A stretch of 64,000 nt of DNA from Thermoanaerobaculia bacterium (GTDB lineage: Bacteria > Acidobacteriota > Thermoanaerobaculia > UBA5066), in contig CAVRAY010000001.1 of the NCBI GenBank assembly GCA_963719225.1, forward strand, positions 2,016,001-2,080,000, written 5' to 3'. How positions within the stretch are numbered: the first letter of the stretch is position 1; every line of letters begins with the position of its first letter. This document shows, in pieces, positions 21,697 through 30,144 of the stretch. Position numbers and translations under genes: made by a program. The notes below the pieces were generated by a model. The model searched no databases and was not told where the DNA came from. It worked only from the letters and a program-made list of their open reading frames with translations.

Positions 21697-21777
21697 CTTA
21701 GAAGGTGAATGAGTAGGAAGGCTCTGGGGATCTCGCAGAGCGCTTCGGTGTGCGGGGGCTCCACGTACCCTTCTAAG
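21697..21777. repeat. Head-to-head motif pair CTTAGAAGG-N63-CCTTCTAAG, right of dif
   Basis: Exact copies at 21697-21705 and 21769-21777. Confidence 0.85.
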
Positions 21778-21864
21778 AGATCTTTTGCGGCGGTTCAGGA
21801 CGCTCCGGCCGAGCAGCTGGAGTCCAGCCTCGAAGCTGGGAGGGTGTTACTCCGAGAGCAAGAA

Positions 21865-22770
21865 CTATTTCTTCGCCTTGACCGCTTTCGCCTTCACAAA
21901 GCGACCCTGCGTCTCGAGGTCGATATCTCCCGCTTCGATCCGCCGTGCGAGATCGCGGATCGCCTCGAGGATTTCATCCTTCTTGTGGAGGCGGCCCTTG
22001 AGGACGAGGCTCACCTTGTAGCGCTTGTCCTCCGGAGCAAAGTCGAGCGTGTACGCTCTCTTCAGTCCGCCCAGCTTCGAGCTGGTGCCGCGTCGCGCGT
22101 CCTTCTTCACTTCGCGCAGGACGTCGCGGCTCAGCGTGTCGCCGTTCGCCAGCGCCATGACGGCGGCGAGCATGAGGTCTTCGTCCTTCAGTCTTCCAAG
22201 CTCGAGCAGGAACGATCTTGACCCGATGTCGGCACGCCGACATTCGGCCTGAACGCGCTCGGGAAGCCTCGCAATCGACAAGGCTTCCGTGATCGTCACG
22301 CGCGACTTCCCCACGGCATCCGCGATCTGCTCGTGCGTGTAACCGTGGCGCTCCTGTAGAGCCTTGTAGCCGTCCGCTTCCTCGAACGGGCTCAGGTCCT
22401 TGCGCTGGAGATTCTCGACGAGCGCGATCTCGAGCAGCTCGTTGTCGGCAACGTCCATCTCGATGCAGGGAATCTCCGAGAGACCCGCTTCGAGGGACGC
22501 GCGAAAGCGCCTCTCTCCCGAGATGATCGTGAAGCGCCCGTCTCCCCGTGGACGCACGAGAATCGGCTCGAGGACGCCCTTGTCCAGGATGGATTTCGTT
22601 AGGTCGGCGAGGTCGCCCATAGCGCTTCGAGGCTGATCGGGATTTGCCTCGATGAGATGGATCGGGATACGACGACCGACCGGCAGTTCGTCGGCGCGGA
22701 CGAGCTGCTCGACGAAATGCGAGTCGTGGCGCATGCGCGAAGTCTCGGGAAGGCCGCGGCGTTTAGACAC
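21865..22770 (-). CDS. parB: ParB/Spo0J-family CTPase with an atypical HTH
   Basis: Basic N-terminal KRRGL, NPDQPR, GVLEPILVR, GERRFRA, ENLQRKDL, HTH THEQIADAVGKSRVTITEAL. Confidence 0.92.
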   Translation of the reverse strand: MSKRRGLPETSRMRHDSHFVEQLVRADELPVGRRIPIHLIEANPDQPRSAMGDLADLTKSILDKGVLEPILVRPRGDGRFTIISGERRFRASLEAGLSEIPCIEMDVADNELLEIALVENLQRKDLSPFEEADGYKALQERHGYTHEQIADAVGKSRVTITEALSIARLPERVQAECRRADIGSRSFLLELGRLKDEDLMLAAVMALANGDTLSRDVLREVKKDARRGTSSKLGGLKRAYTLDFAPEDKRYKVSLVLKGRLHKKDEILEAIRDLARRIEAGDIDLETQGRFVKAKAVKAKK

Positions 22771-23524
22771 GAGAGAGGATCTCCTCCGTCAGGCTGTAGT
22801 ACTCGAGCGCGCCTGACGAGCGCGGAGCGAATGTGAAGATGGATTCCCGATACGCCGGCGATTCCTCCAGCCGGATGGACTTCGAGATCGTCGTCTTGAA
22901 GAGCTTTCCCTTGAAGACCTCGTTGATCTGGCTCTGAATGTCCTTGCCGAGCGTCGTCCGCTTGTCGTGAAGCGTGATCACGACACCCAGGATCTGGAGA
23001 TTCGGATTCGGCCGGCTCTTGATCTTCTCGATCGTCTCGAGGAGATCATCGGTCCCTTCGAGCGCGAAGTACGAAGACTGAATCGGAATCAGGATGTGCG
23101 TCGAGGCGACGAGGGCGTTCACCGTGATCATGCCGAGCGTGGGCGGCGTGTCGATGAGGATCGCGTCGTATTCGCCCGACTCGCGCACGACCTGGAGCTT
23201 GTCCTTCAGCCGGAAGTGCCCGTCGAGTTCGCCGAGGAGCTTCGACTCCACCTTCGCGAGCGAGATGCGCGCAGGCGCGACCGTCAGCTTCGGGAGGCTC
23301 GTCTGCTTGACGATGTCGAAGAACGATACGCTCGGGTCGGTGAGCACGTCGTACATCGACTTTTCCACGTCCTTGCGATCCACGAAAGACATCGTGGAGT
23401 TGCCCTGGGGATCCAGGTCGATGAGCAGCGTCCGGAGACCTTTTTGCGCAAGAGCCGCTGCGAGATTGATCGCGGTGGTGGTCTTCCCCACTCCGCCCTT
23501 CTGATTTGCAACGGTGATGATCAT
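22763..23524 (-). CDS. parA: ParA/Soj-family ATPase
   Basis: Deviant Walker A NQKGGVGKTT, DLDPQGN, IDTPPTLG. Confidence 0.95.
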   Translation of the reverse strand: MIITVANQKGGVGKTTTAINLAAALAQKGLRTLLIDLDPQGNSTMSFVDRKDVEKSMYDVLTDPSVSFFDIVKQTSLPKLTVAPARISLAKVESKLLGELDGHFRLKDKLQVVRESGEYDAILIDTPPTLGMITVNALVASTHILIPIQSSYFALEGTDDLLETIEKIKSRPNPNLQILGVVITLHDKRTTLGKDIQSQINEVFKGKLFKTTISKSIRLEESPAYRESIFTFAPRSSGALEYYSLTEEILSRV

Positions 23525-23539
23525 GCGCTGGCGACGCGG

Positions 23540-23568
23540 ATGATACGGAGGGGGCGAGGAGGCATCAA
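23540..23568 (-). promoter_or_regulatory. Sigma70-type promoter for parAB
   Basis: Minus strand TTGATG-N17-TATCAT, 15 nt before the parA ATG. Confidence 0.6.
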
Positions 23569-23596
23569 GGACGAAAGGTACGTCCCGCCCGGAAAA

Positions 23597-24082
23597 TCAC
23601 ATCCGGTACTTGCCGAGGGTGTCGGGATCGGCTTCCTCGAGCCACTTCTTGAGACGTTCCGCGTTCTGCGCTTCGGCGGTGTCCTCGCCGCTCCGGCTCA
23701 TCTCGAGAACCGACTCCTCCACGAAGACCGGCGCCTGGAGCCGGAGCGCGAGCGCGATCGCATCCGACGGGCGGCTGTCGACGAGGACGTCCTTGTTCGC
23801 GACGCGGAGGTGAATCTGGGCGTAGAACGTGTTTTCCTTGAGGCTGTTGATCACGACGCGCAACACGTTGCCCTCGATCTGGGTGATGAGGTTCTTCAGG
23901 AGGTCGTGCGTCATCGGCCTCGGCGTCGTCACGCCTTCCATTTGAAGAGCGATGGCATTCGCCTCGAAGACCCCGACCCAGATCGGCAGAAAGTTCTTCT
24001 CCTCGGCGTCCCGCAGGATCACGACCGGCATGTTTGCGATCGGATCGACGATGAGCGCTTTCACATCCATTTTGACGCTCAA
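23597..24082 (-). CDS. Bifunctional nuclease family protein (DUF151)
   Basis: LPIWVGVFEANAI, PRPMTHDLL, DSRPSDAIALA; AGGAG before TTG. Confidence 0.9.
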   Translation of the reverse strand: MSVKMDVKALIVDPIANMPVVILRDAEEKNFLPIWVGVFEANAIALQMEGVTTPRPMTHDLLKNLITQIEGNVLRVVINSLKENTFYAQIHLRVANKDVLVDSRPSDAIALALRLQAPVFVEESVLEMSRSGEDTAEAQNAERLKKWLEEADPDTLGKYRM

Positions 24083-24117
24083 GGTAGTTTCTCCTGGGAC
24101 TCAATCTAGGGAGGAAT

Positions 24118-24151
24118 TGTGGATAAAGCAAGGAAGAGCCCTTCATTCACA
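24118..24151. promoter_or_regulatory. Two DnaA boxes upstream of DUF151-parAB
   Basis: TGTGGATAA (revcomp TTATCCACA, perfect) at 24118-24126 and TCATTCACA at 24143-24151, followed by an AT-rich tract. Confidence 0.65.
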
Positions 24152-24227
24152 GGGCATGATTTGCTATTAAGTGCTTTTAATAGAATGAATTAAAAGAGAT
24201 TTTCAGAAGACGGGAAACCGAAGACTT

Positions 24228-24300
24228 CTTAGAAAGTGCCCGTGCCGGAGTCAGCGCCGGTGGCGAGCGTGCTACGGCCGCGCTCGTAGACCCTTCTAAG
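24228..24300. repeat. Head-to-head motif pair CTTAGAAAG-N55-CCTTCTAAG in the 3' end of miaB
   Basis: Copies at 24228-24236 and 24292-24300. Confidence 0.8.
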
Positions 24301-25662
24301 AGGATTCTCTTCTCCCTCTTCGACCGCTTCTCTTCTTCCGAGCAAAGAATTCGGAAATCCCCGCTCGATCCGCACGTTCACGAGCGTGCCTGGTTTGAGA
24401 TCCGATTCCCCCGCGATGTTGACGACGCGGTTGCAGCGCGATCGGCCGGAGCTGATGCGCCGTCTTCGATCGAGCCCTTCCACGAGCACCTCGAGAACGC
24501 GACCCTCCATCTCGCCGTTCACCTGCCGCTGGATCTCCTGCTGGATCGACATGAGGCGGGCGAGTCGGGCAGACGCCACACGCGGCGTGACGTCGTGCTC
24601 CCAGCGCAGCGCGGCAGTCTGCGGGCGAGGCGAATACGTGAAAGAGAAGACGCCGGCGAACCTCACCTCTTCGAGGAGCGAGAGCGTGGCGGCAAAGTCT
24701 TCGTCCGTCTCGCCGGGGAACCCCACGATCACGTCGGTCGAAAGCGCCAGGTTGGGGATGGCATCGCGAAGAGACGCCGCGAGGTCGAGGTATTCCGCGC
24801 GCGTGTACTGGCGCTTCATGCGGCGCAGCACCGCGTCGGAGCCGGACTGGACCGGCAGGTGCAGCGCGGGAACGACCACGGGCGTCTCGGCCATCGCGGC
24901 TATGAGGCGCGCGGAGAAATTGCGCGGGTGGGACGTCACGAATCGGAGGCGCCGGAGACCCGGCAGAGCGCCGACCGCGCGCAGCAGGTCGGCGAGATCC
25001 TCCCCGGTCTCGGGGTCGCGGAACGCATTCACGGTTTGTCCGAGAAGCTCGATCTCCAGAGCTCCCTCGTCGATCAGGCGACGGGACTCGTCCACGACGT
25101 CGTTGAGTCGCCGATTACGTTCGCGCCCGCGCGTGCGGGGAACGACGCAGAACGTGCAGTTCTTGTTGCAGCCCTCGATGACGGTGATCGCGGCGCGATA
25201 CGGCACCGAGCGTGCGATCGCGCCGGGGGTGTAGACGACCTCGTCCGGATCGAAGCCTGTCTCGCAAGGTCGGTCTTCCTCTTCTTCGACCCGGCGCAGA
25301 ACCGACGGCAGGGCCTCGATGCGTCCCGTACCGAGCACGAAATCGACCTGCGGCAACCGCTCGAGCAGCTTCTCCCCTTCCTGCTGCGCAACACAGCCGC
25401 AGACGCCGAGCACCGTCTCCGGGCGCTCTCGCTTCAGTTTCGCGAGACGCCCGAGACGGTCGTAGACCTTCTGCTCGGCCTTGTCGCGAACGGAGCACGT
25501 GTTCAGGAGGATCACGGCGGCTTCCTCGGGCGACGCGACTTCCGAGAACCCTTCACGCGCGAGGAGCCCGACGAAACGCCTCCCGTCGAGAACGTTCATC
25601 TGGCAGCCCCAGGTCTCGACGAAGACTTTTCGGGCCGCGCGGCGGAAGGTAGGAACGCTCAC
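24229..25662 (-). CDS. miaB: tRNA-2-methylthio-N6-dimethylallyladenosine synthase
   Basis: TWGCQMN, NTCSVRDKAEQK, CNKNCTFC radical-SAM motif, C-terminal TRAM domain. Confidence 0.95.
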   Translation of the reverse strand: MSVPTFRRAARKVFVETWGCQMNVLDGRRFVGLLAREGFSEVASPEEAAVILLNTCSVRDKAEQKVYDRLGRLAKLKRERPETVLGVCGCVAQQEGEKLLERLPQVDFVLGTGRIEALPSVLRRVEEEEDRPCETGFDPDEVVYTPGAIARSVPYRAAITVIEGCNKNCTFCVVPRTRGRERNRRLNDVVDESRRLIDEGALEIELLGQTVNAFRDPETGEDLADLLRAVGALPGLRRLRFVTSHPRNFSARLIAAMAETPVVVPALHLPVQSGSDAVLRRMKRQYTRAEYLDLAASLRDAIPNLALSTDVIVGFPGETDEDFAATLSLLEEVRFAGVFSFTYSPRPQTAALRWEHDVTPRVASARLARLMSIQQEIQRQVNGEMEGRVLEVLVEGLDRRRRISSGRSRCNRVVNIAGESDLKPGTLVNVRIERGFPNSLLGRREAVEEGEENPLRRVYERGRSTLATGADSGTGTF

Positions 25663-25684
25663 ACGGCGAGCTTACAGGCTCTTT

Positions 25685-26395
25685 CTACCTCAACCAACCC
25701 GGAGGGGCGTTCGACCTGCGGGCCTCCTCGGAGAGGTCTTCGAGCCCCTTGCGCGCGTCCTCGAGCTCCTGGCGCGCCTTCGAGAGCTCTTCGCGCGCCT
25801 TGTCCCACGCGGGCTTGACGACGGCGTCGCGCCGGTTGCCGTCGCTCATCGCGTAGAAGTCGTTCTCGAGCTGCTTCGATCTCGTCTCCAGCTCGCGCAC
25901 GCGCAGCTCGCCATTCTGGACGGATGCCTTCGAACGCTCGACGAGGGCTCTCCAGTCGTCTTCGCTTCGGCCCTTGTCGTCGCGAGAGACGTCGGGCGGA
26001 ACCGGCGGCGCTGCGGCCGACGCGGCCTGCTTTCCGGAGGTCTTGGCGGGCGGACTCTTGCCGGCCGCCCCCTTGGGAGTCGGCGCCGGAGCGGCGCCTT
26101 TCCGCAGGGTTTCGTTCGTGATCGTTCCCAGGGATTTCTTGCGCGGCTGGTCCTTGCGCGCTTCCTTCGAGAGCTTCACGACGTCCGCGAGAGAACGCCC
26201 GGCGCCCGCGCTCTGCGTCTTCCCCCCGGACAGAACGGGTGCGACGGGCGTTGGGGCCGGCGTGAGCGACGTCGCGGATGCGGGAGTCGCCTCCGGGGAC
26301 ATCCCCGACAGCGCCGGGTCCTGCGCGACGGCCGCGAGCGCGACCGCACCCAGAATTGCGAGGGAGATCAGCGCCTCTCGCGCGATTCGGGTCAT
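25685..26395 (-). CDS. Hypothetical exported protein with coiled-coil C-terminus
   Basis: Signal peptide, SLADVV..ITNETL, ends ARRSNAPPGWLR. Confidence 0.7.
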   Translation of the reverse strand: MTRIAREALISLAILGAVALAAVAQDPALSGMSPEATPASATSLTPAPTPVAPVLSGGKTQSAGAGRSLADVVKLSKEARKDQPRKKSLGTITNETLRKGAAPAPTPKGAAGKSPPAKTSGKQAASAAAPPVPPDVSRDDKGRSEDDWRALVERSKASVQNGELRVRELETRSKQLENDFYAMSDGNRRDAVVKPAWDKAREELSKARQELEDARKGLEDLSEEARRSNAPPGWLR

Positions 26396-26775
26396 GGCGT
26401 CGAGGTTCCTTCCCGCCCGTAGCGGTCGGAGAGCCGGACGACATCGTCGAGCTCCGGCGTCGAGACCTCGACGACGAGACAGTCGGTTTCGCCCGCGTAC
26501 ATCCGGTGCCGCGTCCCGGGGTCGACGTGGAAGGACTCTCCCGGTGCGAGGTGAAGGTCCGCCTTCTCCCCCGCCCATTCGACTTCGAGCCCGAGAGTTC
26601 CTTCGAGGACGTGAACGGTCTCTTCCTTGCGGTTGTGGTACTGGTACGAAAGCGACTCGCCCGCCCGGATGAGGATCAGCTTGCCCGCGTATCGGCCGGT
26701 CTCGGCGAAGATGCGCTCTTCGCCCCAGGGCTTCGCGACGATCCGCGGCCGGCCCGCTCCCAGCTTCCTGCTCAT
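26392..26775 (-). CDS. Cupin (mannose-6-phosphate isomerase type II C-terminal-like)
   Basis: KPWG, LSYQYHNRKEET, PGTRHR, EVSTPELDDVVRLSDRYGR. Confidence 0.85.
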   Translation of the reverse strand: MSRKLGAGRPRIVAKPWGEERIFAETGRYAGKLILIRAGESLSYQYHNRKEETVHVLEGTLGLEVEWAGEKADLHLAPGESFHVDPGTRHRMYAGETDCLVVEVSTPELDDVVRLSDRYGREGTSTP

Positions 26776-28538
26776 GCGCGCACCGGAGAGAGGTCGCGCA
26801 GCTCCTGCGCGAGGAACGACGAGACTTCGTCCGCGGTCGACATCGACAGGGCCGCGCTCGCGACGCGCTCGGCGTCTTTCGTCGAAACTCCGCGCAGGAA
26901 CTCCTTCACGACCGGGACCGTGCGGGGCCCCATCGAGAATTCGCGAATTCCGAGGCCGAGAAAGAGCAGGACGAGCGCGGGGTCCGCCGCCATCTCGCCG
27001 CAAACGGAGAGCGGCTTCTGAGCGGCCCGGGCCGCTTCGGCCACCCGCGCGACGAGTCGAAGCACCGCAGGATGCGTCGGCCGGAACAGGTCCGAGACGG
27101 TCTCGTTCGCCCGGTCCACCGCGAGCGTGTACTGGATGAGGTCGTTCGTGCCGAGAGCGAGGAAATCCGCCTCCGGCGCGAGCAAGTCGGCGGTCATCGC
27201 CGCGGAGGGCACTTCGATCATCGCGCCGAGCGGAATGTCGTCTGGAACGGCGATGCCCCGCTCGAGCACGTCCTCCCGCGCTTCCTTCAGGAGCAGTCGG
27301 ACCCGGCGAATCTCCTCGACGCCCGAGACCATCGGGACGAGGATGCGGAGGTTGCCCGAGGAAGCCGCGGCGAGCAGCGCGCGGAGCTGCGTGGAGAACA
27401 TTTCCGGCCGCGCGAAGCACAGACGTACGCCTCGCAGCCCGAGGACGGGATTGACCTCTGCGGAACCGACGAGGTGGCGGGCCCCTTTCTTGCCGCCGAG
27501 GTCGTACGTCCGGATTACGACGGGTCGGGGCGCAAGGCCTTCGAGAAGCGCGCGGTACGCGCGTGACTGCTCTTCCTCGGACGGGAATTCGTCGCCTTCC
27601 TTCGAAAGGTAGAGGAACTCGGACCGGAAAAGGCCGACCCCGTCGGCTCCGTACTCCAGGACGTCGCGGACCTCGTTCGCGAGCTCGATGTTCGCGCGCA
27701 CGAAGACCTCGGCGCCGTCGGACGTGCGGGTGATCGCGTCGTGGCTGCGCTCCTTGAGCGACTTCTCGTGGCGCGCCTCCTGGTCGCGACGTTCCCGAAA
27801 GAGAGCGACGACGCTCTCGGAGGGCTCGCGCCAGACGAGACCGTCCCGCCCGTCGACCACGACCCGGTCGCCTTCTCCGACTTCCGCCAGAAGATGCGGC
27901 ACGCCGACCACGGCGGGAATTCCGAAGGACCGCGCGAGGATCGCAGCGTGCGACGTGCGGCCGCCGCGTTCTGTGACGAAGCCGACGACACGGTCGCGAG
28001 GAATACGCACGGCGTCGGACGGCGTGAGCTCGTCCGCGACGAGGACGATCGCTTCCCCCGCGAGGTCCTCCATCCTCATGCGCGAGTACTCCTCGCCCCC
28101 GAGATGCTTCTTGAGAATGCGGGCGACGTCGTCGATGTCGGCGCCCTGGTGCGCGAAGTTCTCGTCCGGCAGGCTCCGGAAGCGCGCGGAGAGGTCCGCG
28201 GCCGTTTCCGCGACCGCCCATTCGGCATTGACTTTCTCGTGCGCGATCCGGCGCTCGATCGGGCCGAGAAAGGTGCGGTCCTTCAGGAACAGGGCGTGGG
28301 CCTGGAAGATCCCGGCGTACTCCGTCCCGAGGCTCTCCTTCACGTGCTGCGCCGTGGACTCGATTTCGTGGGCAGCGGACTCGGCCGCCCGCCGGAAACG
28401 CTCGATCTCGGGCTCGATCTCTTCGGGCTCGAGAGCCCGCCTCGGCGAGGAGTCCTCTCGCGAGACCCAGAGCACGGCACGCCCGACGGCGATACCGGGT
28501 GATACGGGAATCCCGGTCAGCGAAAGGGAGCGTTTCAC
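26772..28538 (-). CDS. ptsI: PEP-protein phosphotransferase (PTS enzyme I)
   Basis: GGRTSHAAILARS phospho-His motif, GVGLFRSEF, GTNDLIQY. Confidence 0.95.
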   Translation of the reverse strand: MKRSLSLTGIPVSPGIAVGRAVLWVSREDSSPRRALEPEEIEPEIERFRRAAESAAHEIESTAQHVKESLGTEYAGIFQAHALFLKDRTFLGPIERRIAHEKVNAEWAVAETAADLSARFRSLPDENFAHQGADIDDVARILKKHLGGEEYSRMRMEDLAGEAIVLVADELTPSDAVRIPRDRVVGFVTERGGRTSHAAILARSFGIPAVVGVPHLLAEVGEGDRVVVDGRDGLVWREPSESVVALFRERRDQEARHEKSLKERSHDAITRTSDGAEVFVRANIELANEVRDVLEYGADGVGLFRSEFLYLSKEGDEFPSEEEQSRAYRALLEGLAPRPVVIRTYDLGGKKGARHLVGSAEVNPVLGLRGVRLCFARPEMFSTQLRALLAAASSGNLRILVPMVSGVEEIRRVRLLLKEAREDVLERGIAVPDDIPLGAMIEVPSAAMTADLLAPEADFLALGTNDLIQYTLAVDRANETVSDLFRPTHPAVLRLVARVAEAARAAQKPLSVCGEMAADPALVLLFLGLGIREFSMGPRTVPVVKEFLRGVSTKDAERVASAALSMSTADEVSSFLAQELRDLSPVRA

Positions 28539-28559
28539 CGTCCTATTGTAACGATCCCT

Positions 28560-28829
28560 TCAATCCGCCTCGTCGAACTTCCGATCCACGAGGTTGCGGA
28601 GGGCCTCGAGCGCCTGCTCCTCGTCGCTTCCTTCCACGCGCACGTGGAGGGGCGTGCCCTTGCCGGCCGCGAGCAGCAGGAGACCCAGGATGCTCTTGCC
28701 ATCCACCTCCTCGCCGTCCCGTGAGAGCGAGACTTTCGCATCGAACGAGGAGGCGGCGTGAACGAGCTTTGCGGCAGCGCGCGCGTGCAGGCCAAGCCTG
28801 TTCTTGAGCGTGAGCGTGGCCTCCTTCAC
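28560..28829 (-). CDS. ptsH: HPr phosphocarrier protein
   Basis: GLHARAAA and DGKSILGLL. Confidence 0.95.
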   Translation of the reverse strand: MKEATLTLKNRLGLHARAAAKLVHAASSFDAKVSLSRDGEEVDGKSILGLLLLAAGKGTPLHVRVEGSDEEQALEALRNLVDRKFDEAD

Positions 28830-29272
28830 CAGCGGGGGCCTCCGGGGGGCCCGTCCACGAGCTCCGCGGCCGCGACGATGGCGCGCCGCCCGCGCTCGAC
28901 GAGCACATGAGCGATTTCCCGCGGACTCTTGCCCTCGCGCACGAGGGCCCGCGCCTTCACGACCATGGGAAGGTTGACGCCCGAGACGATCTCGATCTCT
29001 CCCGGCTCGAGAAAGGCGAGCGCCAGATTCGACGGAGTGCCGCCGAACATGTCCGTCAGGAGGACGACGCCTTTCCCGTGGTTCGCTTCCGAGATGGCCT
29101 TCTCGAGGCGCCGGCTCGAGGACTCGGGCGACTCGTCCCAGGCGAGCGAGAGGGCCCCGAAGTCCTCGGGCTCGTCCGGCTCGAGCATGTGCACCGTCTC
29201 GCGCAACGCGTTCGCGAGCGGTCCGTGCGACAGAAGGAGCAGTCCCACGAAGGGGCCGGCGGAGATCGCCAT
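28826..29272 (-). CDS. PTS EIIA mannose/fructose-type component
   Basis: LLSHG, TDMFGGTPSN, GVNLPM. Confidence 0.92.
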   Translation of the reverse strand: MAISAGPFVGLLLLSHGPLANALRETVHMLEPDEPEDFGALSLAWDESPESSSRRLEKAISEANHGKGVVLLTDMFGGTPSNLALAFLEPGEIEIVSGVNLPMVVKARALVREGKSPREIAHVLVERGRRAIVAAAELVDGPPGGPRW

Positions 29273-29274
29273 GG

Positions 29275-30144
29275 TCAGTCGAGGGCCTCGTCCCGATGGG
29301 AGACCCGCACGGGATAGCCCATCGTGGTGAGATCGCGCGCGAGGCGCTCGGCGACGTAGACCGAGCGATGCCGGCCTCCCGTGCAGCCGATGCCGATCGT
29401 GAGATACGCGCGGTTCTCGCCGCGGTAGTTCGGAAGGCAGAACGCCAGGAAATCCTTGAGGTGCGCGTAGAAGGGTTCGGTCTGGGCTCCCGCCTCGATG
29501 AACTTCGCGACCTCGCTGTCGCGCCCGGTCCGGGGCCTCAGTCGCGCGTCGAAATGGGGGTTCGCGAGGAAGCGCACGTCGAAGCAGAGGTCGAGCGCGG
29601 CGGGATGGCCGTGCTTGAAGCCGAAGGAAACGAGCGAGACGGCGAGGACGCCGGGATCCCCGGGCTCGCGAAAATGCTGCGCGACCGCGGCCCTGAGCTC
29701 GTGCACCGTCATGGCCGTCGTGTCGATCACGAGGTCGGACCTGGCCTTCACCTCGGCGAGGAGGCGTCTTTCGAACGCGACCGCCTCCCCGAGCGAGCGC
29801 CCGTCCGCGAGCGGGTGCGGCCTGCGCGTCGCCGAGAAGCGGTTCAGAAGCGCGCGGTCGTCACAGTCGAGGAAGAGCACCGTGATCGGAAGTCGCTGTC
29901 GGAGCTTCTCGAGGAGTCCCGGAAAATGCTCGGCGAAGTCCGGGTTGCGCACGTCGAGGATGACGGCGTTCTTTCGCCGCGGCATGCGGCCCGCGGCAAC
30001 CTCTCCGGCGAACTCCTCGAGCAGGGAGAGCGGCAGGTTGTCCACGGTCGTGTAGCCGATGTCCTCGAGGGCATGAGCGACGAACGACTTCCCGGAGCCG
30101 GACAGTCCCGTGGCGACGACGAGGCGCGTCGCGCTCCCCGTCAA
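29275..30144 (-). CDS. rapZ: RNase adapter protein
   Basis: TGLSGSGKS, DVRFLANP, IGCTGGRHRSV. Confidence 0.93.
   Translation of the reverse strand: MTGSATRLVVATGLSGSGKSFVAHALEDIGYTTVDNLPLSLLEEFAGEVAAGRMPRRKNAVILDVRNPDFAEHFPGLLEKLRQRLPITVLFLDCDDRALLNRFSATRRPHPLADGRSLGEAVAFERRLLAEVKARSDLVIDTTAMTVHELRAAVAQHFREPGDPGVLAVSLVSFGFKHGHPAALDLCFDVRFLANPHFDARLRPRTGRDSEVAKFIEAGAQTEPFYAHLKDFLAFCLPNYRGENRAYLTIGIGCTGGRHRSVYVAERLARDLTTMGYPVRVSHRDEALD

Noticed and set aside
21449-21777. CRISPR array or MITE explanation of the repeated motif
   Set aside because: Repeats are about 9-18 bp, alternate in orientation, have unrelated interiors, and show no cas genes or target duplications
21709-22221. 170-aa + strand ORF overlapping parB, and the many other long antisense ORFs (e.g. 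9903-11879, 40814-43432)
   Set aside because: Shadow ORFs of high-GC genes with no recognisable motifs
24110-24210. oriC (DnaA boxes, AT-rich tract and nearby parAB)
   Set aside because: Only two boxes, no dnaA/dnaN/gyrB nearby, genes converge rather than diverge, and a dif site lies 2.5 kb away
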